DNA from: Candidatus Thorarchaeota archaeon
GTDB lineage: Archaea; Asgardarchaeota; Thorarchaeia; Thorarchaeales; Thorarchaeaceae
DNA length: 8,150 nucleotides
Assembly: GCA_003345555.1 (NCBI GenBank)
Contig: PRDJ01000048.1
Span: 1 to 8,150 of the forward strand
Reading direction: 5' to 3'
This document shows, in pieces, positions 6,206-8,150 of this stretch (positions are counted from its first letter, which is position 1; every line of letters begins with the position of its first letter). The position numbers and the translations under genes were made by a program. Under the pieces are notes generated by a model. That model made no database searches, was not told where the DNA came from, and saw nothing but the letters and a program-made list of their open reading frames with translations.

Positions 6206-6927
6206 CTCGGCTTGTAATCGTGGAGCTCTTTGACCAGATTGTCGAGCAGACTGATTCTTGTAACGGCGAGGGGTATCTTCATCTGTTCCGAGAGTTCTAT
6301 CGCTAGGCGATCAACCTCACTGACACCGTGAAAAATCACCAGAGTAGGTTTGAATTCCTGCGACTTTATCGCTATCATCGGTGCTCGGCCAGTGGATACC
6401 TTTGTGAATATGAGACAACGTTCGGTGGTTGCCCCGAACAATTTGAGGAATGCTTCACTGCTCAGCTCTCTTACTGCTCGCTCTATGTCTACAAGACTGT
6501 AACCATAGATTTGCCTACTCAGCAGGTCCTTGCCCGCTAGAACATCGCACTTCAATCTCTTGCAGAACTCGCTGCAGGTAATGGGAGCAGAGAACTCGCT
6601 CATTGCAAGAACAATGTTCAGGTCGACAAGGCTAACATCCATGAGACGCGCAAAACCTGAAACGACCTGACCACCGTTTCTCTCATCGAGCGTGAGGAGA
6701 GCCATCACGAACCGCCTAATAGTGGAGGTGCCGGGAGACTTCCTCCGGCCAGACTCATAATCACTGATGACACTCGGGCTTATTCCTAGAAATTCGGCCA
6801 GTACGATTTGAGCGAGCCTAAAGCGCTCTCGCCAAACTCTCATCGCCTGCCCAGGGTGATCGGACAGGGCAATCTCGCCTGCCATCCGGCGTGCGAGCCG
6901 CTCCCGAACAGAAGCTTGGGCCGACAT
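6202..6927 (-). CDS. Archaeal predicted transcriptional regulator (COG1709-like): Cro/C1 HTH plus C-terminal DRTGG-like domain
   Basis: AGEIALSDHPGQAMRVWRERF..Q..LAEFLGISPSVISDYESGRRKSPG (XRE HTH) and C-terminal LFGATTERCLIFTKVSTGRAPMIA. ATG 6927 is preferred over TTG 6936. Its stop overlaps the pyrB stop. Confidence 0.88.
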   Translation of the reverse strand: MSAQASVRERLARRMAGEIALSDHPGQAMRVWRERFRLAQIVLAEFLGISPSVISDYESGRRKSPGTSTIRRFVMALLTLDERNGGQVVSGFARLMDVSLVDLNIVLAMSEFSAPITCSEFCKRLKCDVLAGKDLLSRQIYGYSLVDIERAVRELSSEAFLKLFGATTERCLIFTKVSTGRAPMIAIKSQEFKPTLVIFHGVSEVDRLAIELSEQMKIPLAVTRISLLDNLVKELHDYKPS

Positions 6928-7183
6928 TCCGTCCAAGCGGCTACGGCGATTCCGAGATAAGGATTTCGACTATTGCCGAACATTTGCTTCGGAATACAGT
7001 TTGCCACGAAAATCCGGCTTCGTTGGTGAAGCGGGCAACGTCTCAATTGTGAGCAATCTGACCAGGGCTGTAGAACCTTGATGTGACAGATCGACAGTAG
7101 TTCTGATTACTTGAATCAAAGCTGGTATGTCATTTCGAGCCGGCCTCCGTTTCTCACTGAGACACTAGCGACCCTTGTCTGCC

Positions 7184-7196
7184 GAGGCGCTGCCTC
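7184..7196 (-). terminator. Small hairpin GAGGC-AGC-GCCTC directly after the stop of the hypothetical gene (possible 3'-end structure)
   Basis: 5-bp stem with 3-nt loop, 2 nt downstream of TGA. No U-tract follows, so terminator function is uncertain. Confidence 0.2.
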
Positions 7197-7198
7197 TC

Positions 7199-7573
7199 TC
7201 AGTCTGAAGAAGAGTCACAAATATCCAACATCTTGATAGCGCCGCTGGAAGATCCGTCCTCATAGCACTCCACGAAGAATCGATCTCTTGCCTGAGCAAC
7301 CACCGTCCAAGCATTTCCATCACGACGATAATATCTGTAGTCAGTACTACTGTGCCTGACCTCCACCATGGTGCGGTCCCTGACCCATTCCAGGTTCTTC
7401 ACGCTCAGTTCATTGCCTTCCGTTGGGGGTTGCGAAACGTAGAACCGAAGGAATCTCCCGTCCATGGATTCGAGTATGGCGACATGTGGTCGGTCGACTG
7501 GATTCCAATACCTCGGGACAGGAAGCCTCCTGTATGAGCAGGCACCTGTTGCTGCCTGCAGAATCTTGACCAT
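7199..7573 (-). CDS. Hypothetical protein, ~124 aa, predicted beta-rich
   Basis: Longest ORF in the gap. ATG 7573 is preceded by SD-like GAAGTGAG, there is a TTATATA box ~80 nt upstream, and a hairpin follows the stop. No family recognised. Confidence 0.65.
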   Translation of the reverse strand: MVKILQAATGACSYRRLPVPRYWNPVDRPHVAILESMDGRFLRFYVSQPPTEGNELSVKNLEWVRDRTMVEVRHSSTDYRYYRRDGNAWTVVAQARDRFFVECYEDGSSSGAIKMLDICDSSSD

Positions 7574-7652
7574 ACTCACTTCTATCAACTGAGTGCACCA
7601 GATTCCATTTGCTCGAAAAGGTCGGGGGACCATCTAACACGCTACTGCATAG

Positions 7653-7659
7653 TATATAA
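7653..7659 (-). promoter_or_regulatory. Putative TATA box (TTATATA) for the hypothetical gene; also TATA-like on the + strand
   Basis: Lies within the AT-rich stretch ATAGTATATAATAGTTCATAAT (7649-7670) in an otherwise ~50% GC context. Confidence 0.5.
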
Positions 7660-7972
7660 TAGTTCATAATGAGGAGAGGTGAAGTGCGGGGGACATGAAT
7701 AGTGTTCTCTTGCCCATCTGACGCCAAGAACAGGCGTCTCTGTCAGCGGTCTGTTCCCATCAGCGGTCTACGACTCTCTCACGCGCATCCGTACGAGGTG
7801 TCGTGATTGTATTCAGCATGAAATCTTAACAATCGGCCAGATGAAAATTGGCGCCGGAAAACCTGAACAAAGCCAGCAGGCCGCTTAGGGGCCGCGGATA
7901 GATTGGGATTATCGCTCTCTGAACAAGAAATAGAATATTCACATGGCTCTTCATGCCTAAGAAGCATGATGA

Positions 7973-8082
7973 TGGTGGGCCGGCCCGGATTTGAACCGGG
8001 GACCTCTTGGACCCAAACCAAGAATCTTAGCCGCTGGCCTGTGTGACTCAGAGCCACTATAGCCAAGCTAGACTACCGACCC
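7973..8082 (-). tRNA. tRNA-Pro(UGG) with a 32-nt non-canonical intron at 22/23; CCA encoded
   Basis: Minus strand reads GGGTCGG TA GTCT AGCTTGGCTA T[AGTGGCTCTGAGTCACACAGGCCAGCGGCTAA]GAT T CTTGG TTTGGGT CCAAG AGGTC CCCGG TTCAAAT CCGGG CCGGCCC A CCA. 110 nt minus 32 gives 78 nt; anticodon TGG with G37. Confidence 0.96.
8027..8058 (-). other. tRNA-Pro intron at position 22/23
   Basis: BHB motif: central helix GGCU/GGCU (G.U, G-C, C-G, U.G), bulges AU|A and AA|G, intron stem G-C plus TGGC/GCCA and CTG/CAG. Confidence 0.8.
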
Positions 8083-8108
8083 GCGGCGTCGAAGCTGGCT
8101 TCTTGAAG

Positions 8109-8114
8109 TTATAA
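8109..8114 (-). promoter_or_regulatory. Putative TATA box of tRNA-Pro
   Basis: TTATAA ends 27 nt upstream of tRNA G1, which is canonical archaeal spacing. Confidence 0.65.
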
Positions 8115-8150
8115 GAATGACGGGATACTAAACGTCGATTCTGACCTTGT

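Noticed and set aside
7623-7694. GGGGGA runs as possible ORB G-strings of a replication origin
   Set aside because: No ORB core (TTCCAG..GGAAA-like), no adjacent orc1/cdc6 and no extended DUE.
4832-7727. ORFs 4832-5110, 5320-5571, 6328-6540, 6840-7046, 7352-7537 and 7410-7727
   Set aside because: Shadows of dCMP deaminase, pyrB, the regulator or the hypothetical gene; 7410-7727 also crosses the AT-rich promoter.
7679-7888. + strand frame GTG 7679 with an in-frame TAG at 7700 that would give ~69 aa on read-through (pyrrolysine idea)
   Set aside because: The product resembles no known family, there are no pyl genes in the window, and other genes here use TAG as an ordinary stop.
7966-7972. 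ATGATGA box C-like motif next to the tRNA-Pro 3' end, and CTGA inside the tRNA-Pro intron
   Set aside because: They are on opposite strands with no suitably placed partner box or K-turn, and a 32-nt intron is too short for a C/D guide.
6937-7972. Possible SRP (7S) RNA or RNase P RNA in the large gaps, given srp19 nearby
   Set aside because: No SRP helix 8 motif or RNase P conserved regions were recognisable on either strand by eye. An Infernal search would be decisive.
7779-8066. 95-aa minus-strand ORF from the ORF track
   Set aside because: It runs through the tRNA-Pro gene (VQEVPGSNPGRPT is the translated T-arm), so it is a tRNA shadow ORF.
1-8150. CRISPR array, transposase, integrase or defence system
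   Set aside because: No repeat-spacer periodicity, terminal inverted repeats or relevant protein motifs were found.

Overview
Archaeal chromosomal housekeeping region with no mobile element, CRISPR array or defence system visible. An Asgard origin (possibly Thorarchaeia-like) is an inference from gene style and is not proven here. Gene order: partial GNAT acetyltransferase (+), tRNA-Ile(GAU) with a D-loop intron (-), AP-endonuclease-2/xylose-isomerase-like TIM barrel, possibly CbiR-like (-), trm1 (+), rlmE (+), TFE-beta/RPC34 homologue with a 4-Cys cluster (-), gar1 (-), srp19 (-), dCMP deaminase (+), pyrB (+), COG1709-type Cro/C1 HTH regulator (-), a ~124-aa hypothetical protein (-), tRNA-Pro(UGG) with a D-arm intron at 22/23 (-). 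The most notable points are the two tRNAs with non-canonical introns, which the ORF track does not show, and several eukaryote-like details: RPC39-type Cys spacing, a basic SRP19 tail and a eukaryote-like mature tRNA-Pro. There is also a near-perfect 20-bp palindrome on the overlapping rlmE/tfeB stop codons, an inverted repeat in the pyrB promoter region and a poorly coding, repeat-rich kilobase downstream of tRNA-Pro. I cannot support a claim of a wholly new multi-gene system from this window.
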